DNA of 63,815 nt, counting the filler, from an uncultured bacterium (GTDB lineage: Bacteria > B130-G9): NCBI GenBank assembly GCA_965372715.1. It is 3 parts of 3 records of this genome, joined end to end, with 100 filler letters (N's around TTAATTAATTAA, not from the genome) between each part and the next. Parts side by side here need not be neighbours in the genome. Positions count along the whole stretch, not along the records: positions 30,390 to 59,894 come from CBDVDH010000050.1; 2 more parts are not named here. The stretch is one strand, 5' to 3'. The stretch's first letter is position 1; each line of letters begins with the position of its first letter. The position numbers and the translations under genes are program-made. Below, in pieces: positions 38,509 to 47,680 of the stretch. The notes beneath the pieces were generated by a model. That model did no database searches. It was given only the letters and a program-made list of their open reading frames with translations, and was not told the origin of the DNA.

Positions 38509-39214
38509 CCAGCGCGAGCATCTCCCTGACGGCCTTGTCCAGGCCGACAAGCACGGCCCGTGCGATGATGCTGTGCCCGATGTTCAGCTCCTGGACGTCC
38601 ATGATTCTCGCAACCGGCACTACATTGTAGTATGTCAGGCCGTGACCAGCATACACGTCAAGCCCCACGTTGTCCGCGTAGGCGGACGCCTCGGCGATTA
38701 TCTCTAGCTCGTCGGCTCGTTCTTTGAAGCCTATGGCATTGGCGTATGTCCCGGTGTGTATCTCGACAGCGTCGGCGCCCACCTTCTTTGAGGCGTCGAT
38801 CTGAGCCTTGTCGGGATCGACAAACAGGCTCGTCTCTATTCCGGCGTCCTTTGCCGCGTCAAGTGTCCTTTTGACGACATCCAGGTTAGAGACGACATCA
38901 AGGCCTCCCTCCGTCGTTATCTCGTGCCGGCCTTCAGGAACAAGCGTTATCTGGTCTGGATGAACCTCGCAGGCGATCTTGGTTATCTCCTCGGTCGCGG
39001 CCATCTCCAGGTTGAGCTTTATCTGGCAGACCTCGCGGATGAGGCGCAGATCACGATCGCTGATGTGGCGTCTGTCCTCCCGCAGGTGGATCGTGATCCC
39101 ACGGGCGCCAGCAAGGTGGACTATGCTCGCGGCAAAGACCGGGTCCGGCTCAAACGTTCGCCTCGCCTGCCTTATCGTTGCAACATGGTCTATATTAACA
39201 CAAAGCTCCGCCAT
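38501..39214 (-). CDS. pdxJ: Pyridoxine 5'-phosphate synthase
   Basis: [41 protein letters not shown]. Confidence 0.96.
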   Translation of the reverse strand: MAELCVNIDHVATIRQARRTFEPDPVFAASIVHLAGARGITIHLREDRRHISDRDLRLIREVCQIKLNLEMAATEEITKIACEVHPDQITLVPEGRHEITTEGGLDVVSNLDVVKRTLDAAKDAGIETSLFVDPDKAQIDASKKVGADAVEIHTGTYANAIGFKERADELEIIAEASAYADNVGLDVYAGHGLTYYNVVPVARIMDVQELNIGHSIIARAVLVGLDKAVREMLALVK

Positions 39215-39215
39215 C

Positions 39216-40238
39216 TTATTCGCCTCCGAGATCGTCGCTTTTGATGATGATTGTGACCTTATCAGGGTCCCTGCTCTTGACCGAAACGCTGTCTGGCAGT
39301 CTGAACCGAGGGGTCCGAAGATACCTACCTCTCCCGAGGTCCATCACATCGACCACGCCTATTAGCTCGTCGCTTTCGATCGCTGTTACGACCGAAACCG
39401 GTCCCCTAAGGTCCACGTTAACGCGCGGGGGGACAATCGCAACCGGCCGTTCAGGCGGAATCTGCTGGATCGGCACAGAAAGAAACTTCCTGATCTTGAT
39501 TCTCTCTCGAACGTCGATTCTAACCAGAACGCTCTTGTTATCGACAAAATTGACGAGCGGATGAATCGGGATGAGATATGCTCTGCCGGCAAAAGGCTCA
39601 GTAACCCCATCCACATTGACGGCCTCCGTCTTCACCGAAGTTACATCGGCGAGCACGGATTCTGGGCCCTGAAGCAGCACGGTCGTGGGCTCTGAGGTTT
39701 CTCCAACAACCTTGAAATTGGGCGCGGGCTTGCCCTTTATCTCGAGGCTGACTGGGACCCTAACCGTCGCCTTCTTGCCAATCTTAACGCGGATTGAGGA
39801 CGGCATGACCGAGATGACCATTGTCCCAGAAGGCACGTCGATCTGCTCCGGGAGAATGCGAACCGTCAGCTCCTTGGGCGAAGAAACGTCCGAAAGACTG
39901 TGCGTTGCGCTTATCTGGTCCGCGGTGAGCGCACTTATCACGCGCGACGCGCCTCGTATGGTCACATCCAGTCTCTCCGCCGATTGCTCAAGCACCAGAA
40001 GATCGGCTCTTAGGCCTTCGAGGTTCAGGTCCACAGGCATCCTTATGTTTTCTTTGTAGCCCGAAGCCGCGAGCATCCAGAGGAATATGGCAAGCAATCC
40101 GGCAAACACCTTCAACCGCCAATTGGCGAGCAGATTGAGGCTACTCAAGAATGAACTGACCTTCCTCAACCAGGCGGCCACTGGGGGGGACTTGCTGCTC
40201 TGGTCCTTTGCGACCCCGGTATCATTCATGACAGCCAC
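39216..40238 (-). CDS. cdaR: CdaR/YbbR-domain protein
   Basis: NWRLK...LAIFLW anchor followed by three YbbR-like repeats. Confidence 0.8.
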   Translation of the reverse strand: MAVMNDTGVAKDQSSKSPPVAAWLRKVSSFLSSLNLLANWRLKVFAGLLAIFLWMLAASGYKENIRMPVDLNLEGLRADLLVLEQSAERLDVTIRGASRVISALTADQISATHSLSDVSSPKELTVRILPEQIDVPSGTMVISVMPSSIRVKIGKKATVRVPVSLEIKGKPAPNFKVVGETSEPTTVLLQGPESVLADVTSVKTEAVNVDGVTEPFAGRAYLIPIHPLVNFVDNKSVLVRIDVRERIKIRKFLSVPIQQIPPERPVAIVPPRVNVDLRGPVSVVTAIESDELIGVVDVMDLGRGRYLRTPRFRLPDSVSVKSRDPDKVTIIIKSDDLGGE

Positions 40239-40280
40239 GGACGTCCCGTCTCAGCCCTTCGAGCATCAGCGACATACGCT

Positions 40281-40634
40281 TCATACCTCTATCGGGTCAT
40301 TCTTCTCGTCAAGCCTGATTATGCGCGGCTTGAAAGTCCGGACTTCCGACTCATCGATCATCCTATACACGGCAATGATAACCTTGTCGCCCGTCTCACA
40401 CAACCGAGCCGCGGCGCCGTTCACGCCGACCACGCCGCTGCCGCGCTTGCCAGCGATGAGGTACGTCGAAAACCGCGCCCCGTTGGTGATATTGTAAACC
40501 TCGACCTTCTCGCCGGGCAGCATATCAGCCCTGTCGAGCAGGTCCTGGTCCACCTCGAGGCTACCTTCGTATTCGATGTCGCAGGCCGTTACAGTGGCCC
40601 TGTGTATCTTAGCTCCCAGGACAATCCTAAGCAT
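40281..40634 (-). CDS. panD: Aspartate 1-decarboxylase
   Basis: KIHRATVT, YEGS, NGARFSTY, NGAAAR. Confidence 0.96.
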   Translation of the reverse strand: MLRIVLGAKIHRATVTACDIEYEGSLEVDQDLLDRADMLPGEKVEVYNITNGARFSTYLIAGKRGSGVVGVNGAAARLCETGDKVIIAVYRMIDESEVRTFKPRIIRLDEKNDPIEV

Positions 40635-40674
40635 TTCCTAGAACCTCATCACGTCAACTAGGCTATTGGCAAAA

Positions 40675-41541
40675 CTATCTCTCAAAGGACCCCTCCACAG
40701 GGTCCAAAATCACATTATCGATCAGTCTAGTATCGCCGACCCTCGCCGCCAGCGCGAGCAAGGTCTTATTCTCCACCTGAGACACCTCTGCCAGAGTCTC
40801 AACATCCCTCGCCTCAAGGTACTCGACTTCGATGTCCGTTTCTGAACCAAGAACACCACGCGCTGCCGCCAGAAGCCCCCCCACCTCACGCTCTCCGCTT
40901 TCAAACAACTCGCCAGCGCGAAAAAGCGCCGCGGATATCAATGCTGCGCTTATGCGCTGCCCAGCTGAAAGATATTTGTTGCGAGACGACATTGCAAGGC
41001 CGATCGGCTCGCGCACCGTCGGCACGACGTGGACCTCAACGTCGAAGTCGAGAGCATGGATCATGCGCCTCAGTATAATGGCCTGCTGCGCGTCTTTGCG
41101 GCCAAGATAGAGCGCATCTGGTCGCACCATATTCAGGAGCTTCGCAACGATGGTTGCCACTCCCCTGAAATGACCCGGCCGCGAGGCGCCGCACAGGACT
41201 TCACCGAGCTTCTCCACCTCAACGAACGTCGTGGACCCAGGCGGATAGACCTCCTCGACCGACGGGGCGAAGACGAGGTCCGCTCCGGCGCCTTCAGCGA
41301 CCCGCAGATCGCGCTCGAGGTCCCTCGGGTAGCGCACAAAATCCTCGTTTGGCCCAAACTGCGTCGGGTTAACGAAGATGCTGACGACGGTGCAGCCACA
41401 ATCTATTACTGACGCCTCGATTAGGCTCGCATGGCCAGCGTGCAGCGCCCCCATCGTGGGCACTAACCCTATCGTCTTCCCGGCGGCTCTTGCGCGAGCG
41501 ACACCTTCGCGGATTTCTCTCTTGGTTTGGCTAAACTCCAT
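40675..41541 (-). CDS. panC: Pantoate--beta-alanine ligase
   Basis: VPTMGALHAGH, SIFVNPTQF, RPGHFRGV, GLAMSSRN, RLIDN. Confidence 0.96.
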   Translation of the reverse strand: MEFSQTKREIREGVARARAAGKTIGLVPTMGALHAGHASLIEASVIDCGCTVVSIFVNPTQFGPNEDFVRYPRDLERDLRVAEGAGADLVFAPSVEEVYPPGSTTFVEVEKLGEVLCGASRPGHFRGVATIVAKLLNMVRPDALYLGRKDAQQAIILRRMIHALDFDVEVHVVPTVREPIGLAMSSRNKYLSAGQRISAALISAALFRAGELFESGEREVGGLLAAARGVLGSETDIEVEYLEARDVETLAEVSQVENKTLLALAARVGDTRLIDNVILDPVEGSFER

Positions 41542-41552
41542 CTCTCACGCTC

Positions 41553-42425
41553 TCACGCCCTCGGATTCGGCTCCCATTGCTCCAAAAAGGCCTGTCGTTC
41601 GTCAGGTTTCAGATGAAATGAGTTAGCGTCGGTCGGAAACGCCGCCGAGCGCACCTGATCGACGTAACTTCTCACAGCGGCCTCCAGCACGCCATAGCCA
41701 TTCACGTATTCCTTGACGTGCTTTGGCTTCTTGACGTCAGGCCCGTTGAGGCCGCACACATCGTGGAAAACCAGAACTTGGCCATCACAGTCCGGTCCGG
41801 CGCCTATTCCAATCACGGGAACGCCAACTTTGCTAGTGATAACTGCCGCAACCTCTCTCGGCACAACTTCCACCACAATACAGAACACGCCGGCCGCATC
41901 GAGGGCCTCCGCGGCCTCAACCACCCGGGCCGCCTCGTCCGAGGCCGAGCCCTGCACCTTCAAAGCGCCCAGCTGGTGTATCGACTGAGGCGTCAGGCCG
42001 ACGTGCCCCATGACCGAAATGCCTGCCGCGCAAAGCGCCCGGACCGTCTCACACCTGGTCGGCCCCGCGCCCTCGATCTTGACCGCCGCCGCGCCGCCTT
42101 CCTTGATGAAGGCGCCCGCGTTTCTGATCGCCTCCTCGGTCGATACCTGGAAGCTCAAAAACGGCATGTCCGCCACGAGAAGCGCTCGCCTCACGCCCCT
42201 CGCTACGGCCTTGGTATGATGCAGCATCTCAGTCATCGTAACTGGAATCGTGCTCTCATAGCCAAGCACCACGTTCGCAGCGGAATCGCCCACGAGCACG
42301 ACATCTGCCCCGGCCGACTCGGCTATCCGGGCCGTCGGATAATCATAGGCCGTGATCATCACGATCTTTGTGCCCGAACGCTTCATGCGAACCAGCGCCG
42401 GGATTGTCACTTTCTTGTCTGGCAA
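41553..42425 (-). CDS. panB: 3-methyl-2-oxobutanoate hydroxymethyltransferase
   Basis: TAYD, LVGDS, ADMPF, GHVGLTPQ, GIGAG...DGQVLV; TTG start 42425 after GGAGG. Confidence 0.96.
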   Translation of the reverse strand: MPDKKVTIPALVRMKRSGTKIVMITAYDYPTARIAESAGADVVLVGDSAANVVLGYESTIPVTMTEMLHHTKAVARGVRRALLVADMPFLSFQVSTEEAIRNAGAFIKEGGAAAVKIEGAGPTRCETVRALCAAGISVMGHVGLTPQSIHQLGALKVQGSASDEAARVVEAAEALDAAGVFCIVVEVVPREVAAVITSKVGVPVIGIGAGPDCDGQVLVFHDVCGLNGPDVKKPKHVKEYVNGYGVLEAAVRSYVDQVRSAAFPTDANSFHLKPDERQAFLEQWEPNPRA

Positions 42426-42524
42426 CTTCCTCCCTCCGTCGAAAAGCTGCACCCTAGAGCAAGAAAATGGACCTGAGGTCAAGCCTCATGCGTCAGGATG
42501 GAAGAAACATGTAGCTTCTGCGCT

Positions 42525-42559
42525 CCGTCTCGGTCCTATTTGCCCCTGGATCCAAGCGG
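42525..42559 (-). ncRNA. pan-motif-like RNA hairpin upstream of panB
   Basis: CCGCTTGGATCC-loop-GGACCGAGACGG stem with two bulged A. Confidence 0.6.
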
Positions 42560-43183
42560 TCTGTAATACCTTGTGCCATCCCCCATTCGGTCGATCTCGC
42601 CGACCAGGTCATTGAGGTCCTCCGGCTGATTCACGAAGTCAATCTCCGACGTATTGATGACCAAGAGCGGCGTCTCAACGTAATGGAAGAAAAAACAGTT
42701 ATAGGCCCGGTTCACCCGGTCAACGTATTCCTCCGTGATTGGCTTCTCATACTCAAGTCCCCGCATCCGAATCCTTGTCATCAGAACGTCTGTCGAGGCT
42801 TGTATGAATATCACGAGGTCCGGTTTCACCAGACGAGCCTCTAAAAAAGCATAGATTCTATTGTATAGCGCAATCTCGTTCTCGTCAAGGTTCAAGTTCG
42901 CAAATATCCTGTCCTTGCCAAAAATGTAGTCGGCAAACGTTGTGCTCTCAAAGAGCTCACGCTGGCTCAAATGAAGAAGCTGCTGATGCCTGTTGAACAA
43001 AAAGAACAGCTGCGTCTGGAAAGCATACAGCTCCTTGTCCTTGTAGAACTCGGAGAGAAACGGGTTCTTGCCCGGCTGCTCCAAGACCGCCTTCCCGTTG
43101 TGATGGCTGGCAAGCATCCGCGCCAGGCAGGTCGTTCCGACGCCGATCGGCCCCTCGACCGCTATGTACCTCGCGTTCGTCAT
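42536..43183 (-). CDS. Deoxynucleoside kinase family protein
   Basis: IAVEGPIGVGTT, NPFL..FY, FQTQLFFL, PDLVI. Confidence 0.88.
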   Translation of the reverse strand: MTNARYIAVEGPIGVGTTCLARMLASHHNGKAVLEQPGKNPFLSEFYKDKELYAFQTQLFFLFNRHQQLLHLSQRELFESTTFADYIFGKDRIFANLNLDENEIALYNRIYAFLEARLVKPDLVIFIQASTDVLMTRIRMRGLEYEKPITEEYVDRVNRAYNCFFFHYVETPLLVINTSEIDFVNQPEDLNDLVGEIDRMGDGTRYYRPLGSRGK

Positions 43184-43740
43184 CGGGCGAGCACCGGCGC
43201 TCGCAGGGGCGAGAGCCTCTTGCCACCAGCGGCCAATTCAACGCGGTGCAAGAGCCGGCTGAACCTCGATCCCAGCATAGGATGCTCTCCATCAGGAATA
43301 AGCTCGCAAAGCGGCCCCAGCACGAACCGCCTCAGGTGCATCATCGGGTGAGGAATGGTCAGGTCTGGCGCCGACACCAAATGGTCGCCATAAAGGAGAA
43401 TGTCGAGATCGATGAGCCTCGGCCCCCACCGCCGCCGCGAGCCAGTCCTGCCCATCTCAAGCTCTATCCGCTGCAGAGCCTCAAGCAACGAACGAGGCGG
43501 AAGCGACGTCTTGACCTCGGCCACCGCGTTTATGAAATCCGGCTGGTCCAGCGGGCCCACCGGTTCAGACTCGTGAAATGACGACACACGTAAAACGTTC
43601 AGACCCACGACAGAACCAATCTTATCGAGAGCTTTCCTCAGGTTGTCCTCACGGCCGCCGAGGTTCGATCCAAGTCCAATATAGACAAGCACCTCAGCCC
43701 CTTCGCGCAAAAGCGTCCCAGCCTCCGTCGTTTGCGACAT
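43180..43740 (-). CDS. folK: 2-amino-4-hydroxy-6-hydroxymethyldihydropteridine diphosphokinase
   Basis: IGLGSNLG, FINAV, WGPRLIDLDIL, PHP; start 43740 or 43692. Confidence 0.94.
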   Translation of the reverse strand: MSQTTEAGTLLREGAEVLVYIGLGSNLGGREDNLRKALDKIGSVVGLNVLRVSSFHESEPVGPLDQPDFINAVAEVKTSLPPRSLLEALQRIELEMGRTGSRRRWGPRLIDLDILLYGDHLVSAPDLTIPHPMMHLRRFVLGPLCELIPDGEHPMLGSRFSRLLHRVELAAGGKRLSPLRAPVLAR

Positions 43741-43891
43741 ATGCACTTGATCGTCCTCGTTCACCAGCCTCGGGAAGCGCAAAGAGTGCGCAGTCCCGAC
43801 CGCTATCAGCACCCCATATTTGGCCCGCTAAATCGCCTCCAGACGGCAAAACACCGCATATAGCGGCTTGGCCGCCAAATCCTTTGTCCGT

Positions 43892-43919
43892 AACATACCA
43901 CCCCAAAAATCCGAGTCAA
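43892..43919 (-). promoter_or_regulatory. Putative sigma70 promoter of the folK-pan operon
   Basis: TTGACT-N16-TATGTT with TGn extension. Confidence 0.45.
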
Positions 43920-43965
43920 TATCCTGAATGAGGCCTAAGAGATCGGATTGACCCAAGCGGCCTGC

Positions 43966-44184
43966 GGCCTTTTGGACTGCGGCGGCTTGACGCCGCTTTC
44001 ACTTGCCGCGGCCTGACGCGGCATCTGCCCTAATCAATGATTCCGCGTTTCGCAAATCACCCACCTGACCGCTCATAACGCAGTCCTGAGAAGGCGGCGC
44101 CGGGTCACCGCCAAGAAAAGCGGCGTCGGTCGAGTAGATCAGCCACAGCTTTCAGGACGCACGGCCGCCGCAGTCCAAAAGGCC
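43966..44184. repeat. TGGA-type REP doublet (family D)
   Basis: Perfect 21-bp inverted repeat GGCCTTTTGGACTGCGGCGGC / GCCGCCGCAGTCCAAAAGGCC with internal hairpins. Confidence 0.8.
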
Positions 44185-44311
44185 CTCATCGAGACCGACA
44201 CCCCTTCAACCTGATTATTGGGGTTTTCGTAACTTGTTGATTCGAGGCGGGTCCGCAAGGATAATGTCTGCAACCAGTGTGTTACCGGGAGGTATCTTGA
44301 GGTTGAGGACC

Positions 44312-45754
44312 ATGTTGCCTGAGGATAAGGACACGATAGCGGCGATCTCGACCGCGCCGGGCGTTGCGGCGATCGGGATGGTGCGGCTTTCTGGGCCGGA
44401 CGCCATTGCGGTGGCGGACCGCGTCTTTGTCGGGTCGAAGAGCCCGAGCGAGATGACCCACTCGACGGTTCAGTTCGGTAGGATCGCTCAGGATGGCTCT
44501 GTTCTTGACAAGGTTATGCTGACCGTGCTGCGGTCCCCGAGCTCATACACTGGCGAGGACGTGGTCGAGATCAGCTGCCACGGCAGCCCGCTGGTTCTAA
44601 AGGACGTGCTTACGGCGGTGATTGGGGCCGGGGCGAGGCTCGCGACCGGCGGCGAGTTCACGAGGCGTGCTTTCTTGCACGGCAAGATGGACCTCTGTCA
44701 GGCGGAGGCGGTCATGGAGCTGTTGTCCGCGGAGACTGAGGAGGCTAAGCGCGTCGCTCTGTCGCAAGTTCAGGGCGGAACGTCCGAGGTGGTCGAGCAA
44801 CTGCGCGCCCAGGTCCTCCGAATCAAGGCGGGGCTCGACGCCTCAATCGACTTCCCCGAGGACATCGTTGACGAGGCGCAGATGAACTACGCTGGCGCGA
44901 CGGATGGGGCTTCGTCAACCGATGCCTCGCCGCGCGGTTCACTATCGGAGACGTTGAGGCGGCTCGACGCGATGATCGGCGCGTTTGCGCAGAGCCAGCA
45001 GCTGCAGAAGTCACCAAAGGTTGCGATAATCGGGAAGACCAACGTGGGCAAATCGACCATCCTGAACTCGCTTCTTTGCGAGGAGCGGGTCATAACGAGT
45101 GAGTCGCCGGGCACAACGCGGGACAGGATCGACGCCGACCTCGCCCTCCCGTCGGGGCGGAGAGTGCGGTTCAGCGACACCGCCGGGGTGCACATTCAGA
45201 AGGACGAGAAGGACGAGCTCGACGGTAAGGCCAGGTCCAAGATGGAGCAGGCCGCTGAGGGCGCTGACGCCCGGGTTATGGTTTTCGACGCCTCGTCGCC
45301 GCTTGAAAGCGAGGACAAGGAGCTCCTAGAGAGATGGGGCGGCAGTCCAGCAGTCGTTGTGATGAACAAGATTGACCTGGGCGAATGCCTAAAGGTGCAT
45401 GACCTGCAAGCCGAGTTTGAGGCTGGGGCGGAGGCGGCGTTGGTTCGGACGTGCGCGACTTCGGGTTTGGGCATGGACGACTTGAAAGCGGCTCTGGACG
45501 AGCTCCTGGACGCTCTTTTGCCCGAGATACCGAGCGATGCCTGCGTTGTAGGAACCGTCAGGAACGATGGTCTTCTGCGGAAGGCCAGAGACGCCATTAG
45601 CCACGCAATAGGTGGTTTCGATGGGCAAGCGTGGCCGGAGTTTGCCAGCCTGGACCTCGGCGAGGCCATCGACGCCTTCGACGAGCTGCTGGGCATAGAG
45701 GTAAGAGTTGACATACTTGACGAGATATTCTCGCGATTCTGCATTGGGAAGTAG
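44312..45754 (+). CDS. mnmE: tRNA modification GTPase MnmE
   Basis: DTIAAISTA, SYTGEDVVEI..HG, GEFTRRAF, NVGKS, GTTRD, DTAG, NKID, FCIGK. Confidence 0.95.
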   Translation: MLPEDKDTIAAISTAPGVAAIGMVRLSGPDAIAVADRVFVGSKSPSEMTHSTVQFGRIAQDGSVLDKVMLTVLRSPSSYTGEDVVEISCHGSPLVLKDVLTAVIGAGARLATGGEFTRRAFLHGKMDLCQAEAVMELLSAETEEAKRVALSQVQGGTSEVVEQLRAQVLRIKAGLDASIDFPEDIVDEAQMNYAGATDGASSTDASPRGSLSETLRRLDAMIGAFAQSQQLQKSPKVAIIGKTNVGKSTILNSLLCEERVITSESPGTTRDRIDADLALPSGRRVRFSDTAGVHIQKDEKDELDGKARSKMEQAAEGADARVMVFDASSPLESEDKELLERWGGSPAVVVMNKIDLGECLKVHDLQAEFEAGAEAALVRTCATSGLGMDDLKAALDELLDALLPEIPSDACVVGTVRNDGLLRKARDAISHAIGGFDGQAWPEFASLDLGEAIDAFDELLGIEVRVDILDEIFSRFCIGK

Positions 45755-45762
45755 GTGGGACC

Positions 45763-45809
45763 GTTGGCAGTTGGCGGTTGGCAATGTGGGGCGGGCTTTC
45801 CAGCCTGCC
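45763..45809 (+). repeat. TTGGCRG heptamers plus family C REP
   Basis: gttggca gttggcg gttggca then tgtggggcgggctttccagcctgcc. Confidence 0.85.
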
Positions 45810-45847
45810 GTGATTGGTTAGCGAATTGGCGAATGATCTGAGGCAAT

Positions 45848-47680
45848 GTGCCGATGAAGTCTTATGACGTCCTTGTAGTTGGGGCGGGGCACGCGGGCTG
45901 CGAGGCGGCTCTGGCCGCGGCCAGGATGGGCTGCTCCGTCCTATTGGTAACGCTCAACGCCGACAAGGTCGCGGCGATGTCCTGCAATCCAGCGATTGGC
46001 GGCATCGGGAAGGGCCATATCGTCCGCGAGATAGACGCGCTGGGCGGCGAGATGGCGAAGGTCATCGACCAGACGGGCATCCAGTTTCGTCTGCTCAACA
46101 GACGGAAGGGCCCGGCCGTCCGTGGGCCTCGTGCGCAGGCGGACAAGGCCGATTATTCGCGGCGCTTCAAGCAGGTGATCGAGTCGCAGGAGGGTCTGGA
46201 CCTCGCGCAGGACGAGGTGCTTAGTCTAATCGTTGCGTCAGATTGCATAATGGGCGTCAGATGCCTCTTTAGGGGCGAAATCGGGGCAAAAGCGGTAATC
46301 CTGTCGGCGGGGACGTTCCTCGCAGGGATGATGCACGTCGGGACGGAGTCCTTCGCTGGTGGTCGGCTCGGGGACCCTTCCTCAAATGAGCTGGCCGACT
46401 CTCTCCGGCGACTCGGCTTTGAGTTGTTGCGACTGAAGACCGGCACCCCGCCCAGGCTGGCCGGACCGACGATCGATTTTGACAAGCTCATCGCTCAGTC
46501 GGGTGACGAGCCGCCGCCGAAGTTCTCCTTTGTCTTTCCAGGAATCAACGGCAATCAGGTCAAATGCCACCTGGCCAAAACCACACCTCTGTGCCACAAA
46601 ATAATAGCCGAGAACCTCGAGCGGTCGGCCCTTTATTCTGGCAAGATATCCGGCGTCGGCATCCGCTACTGCCCGTCGATCGAGGATAAGATCAAGAAGT
46701 TCCCCCAGCGCGAGGCGCACCACATATTCATCGAACCAGAGGGCCTCAGCACGAGCGAATATTACGCCAACGGCTTCGCGACGAGCCTGCCATTTGAGGT
46801 TCAGAAAGCGATGCTCAGGGCGGTGCCGGGCCTCGAGGAGGTCAGGATCACCCGCCCGGGCTACGCCATTGAATACGATTTCATTCAGCCAACGCATCTG
46901 CATCCGACGCTGGAGACGCGACGCATCTCGGGCCTGTTTTTGGCCGGCCAAACGAACGGCACGTCCGGATACGAGGAGGCCGCCGGGCAGGGCCTCGTCG
47001 CGGGCATCAACGCGGCCCTCAAAGTCCGCGGTGAGCCGCCCTTCGTAATCACTCGGCGCGAGGCATACATCGGCGTTATGATCGATGACCTGACAACGAC
47101 GGGATGCAAGGAACCATATCGGATGTTCACGGCGCGCTCGGAGCATCGGCTGCTGCTCGCGGCCGACACGGCGGACGTCCGGCTCATGGGTTACGGGCAC
47201 AGATTCGGCCTGATAAGCGACGAGGTGTTCGCCGACATGAGGCGGAGACAGGAGACGCGGGCGGGTGAGATGCAGTCGCTTTCCAGCGCCCGGCCGGAGG
47301 GCGAATCCGCAAGGGGATTTGCCAGCACCAGCTTTCTCGAGCTGTTGAGGCGCCCGGAAATCCATTACAAAGACTTGGTCGAGAGGTTCGGGCTTGAGAC
47401 CGAGCTCTCGCAGGCAGACCGCGACATCGTCGAGATGCTCGTCAAATACGAGGGCTACATCAAGCGTGAGGAGGCGCGGCTTGCCAACTCCGAGAGGCTC
47501 GACAAGGTCAAAGTGCCCCGTGACCTCGACTTCGGCAAGGTACCCGGGCTCCGCGCAGAGATCAAACAGCGGCTCACAGAATCACAGCCGGCCACTCTAG
47601 GCGCGGCAAGGAGAATACCTGGGGTCACCCCAGCCGCTATCTCAGTCCTGTCCATACATATCGCCGGCCGCGGACACTAG
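45848..47680 (+). CDS. mnmG: tRNA uridine-5-carboxymethylaminomethyl synthesis enzyme MnmG
   Basis: GAGHAGCEAA, MSCNPAIGG, RLKTGTPPR, RYCPSIEDK, NGTSGYEEAA. Confidence 0.97.
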   Translation: MPMKSYDVLVVGAGHAGCEAALAAARMGCSVLLVTLNADKVAAMSCNPAIGGIGKGHIVREIDALGGEMAKVIDQTGIQFRLLNRRKGPAVRGPRAQADKADYSRRFKQVIESQEGLDLAQDEVLSLIVASDCIMGVRCLFRGEIGAKAVILSAGTFLAGMMHVGTESFAGGRLGDPSSNELADSLRRLGFELLRLKTGTPPRLAGPTIDFDKLIAQSGDEPPPKFSFVFPGINGNQVKCHLAKTTPLCHKIIAENLERSALYSGKISGVGIRYCPSIEDKIKKFPQREAHHIFIEPEGLSTSEYYANGFATSLPFEVQKAMLRAVPGLEEVRITRPGYAIEYDFIQPTHLHPTLETRRISGLFLAGQTNGTSGYEEAAGQGLVAGINAALKVRGEPPFVITRREAYIGVMIDDLTTTGCKEPYRMFTARSEHRLLLAADTADVRLMGYGHRFGLISDEVFADMRRRQETRAGEMQSLSSARPEGESARGFASTSFLELLRRPEIHYKDLVERFGLETELSQADRDIVEMLVKYEGYIKREEARLANSERLDKVKVPRDLDFGKVPGLRAEIKQRLTESQPATLGAARRIPGVTPAAISVLSIHIAGRGH

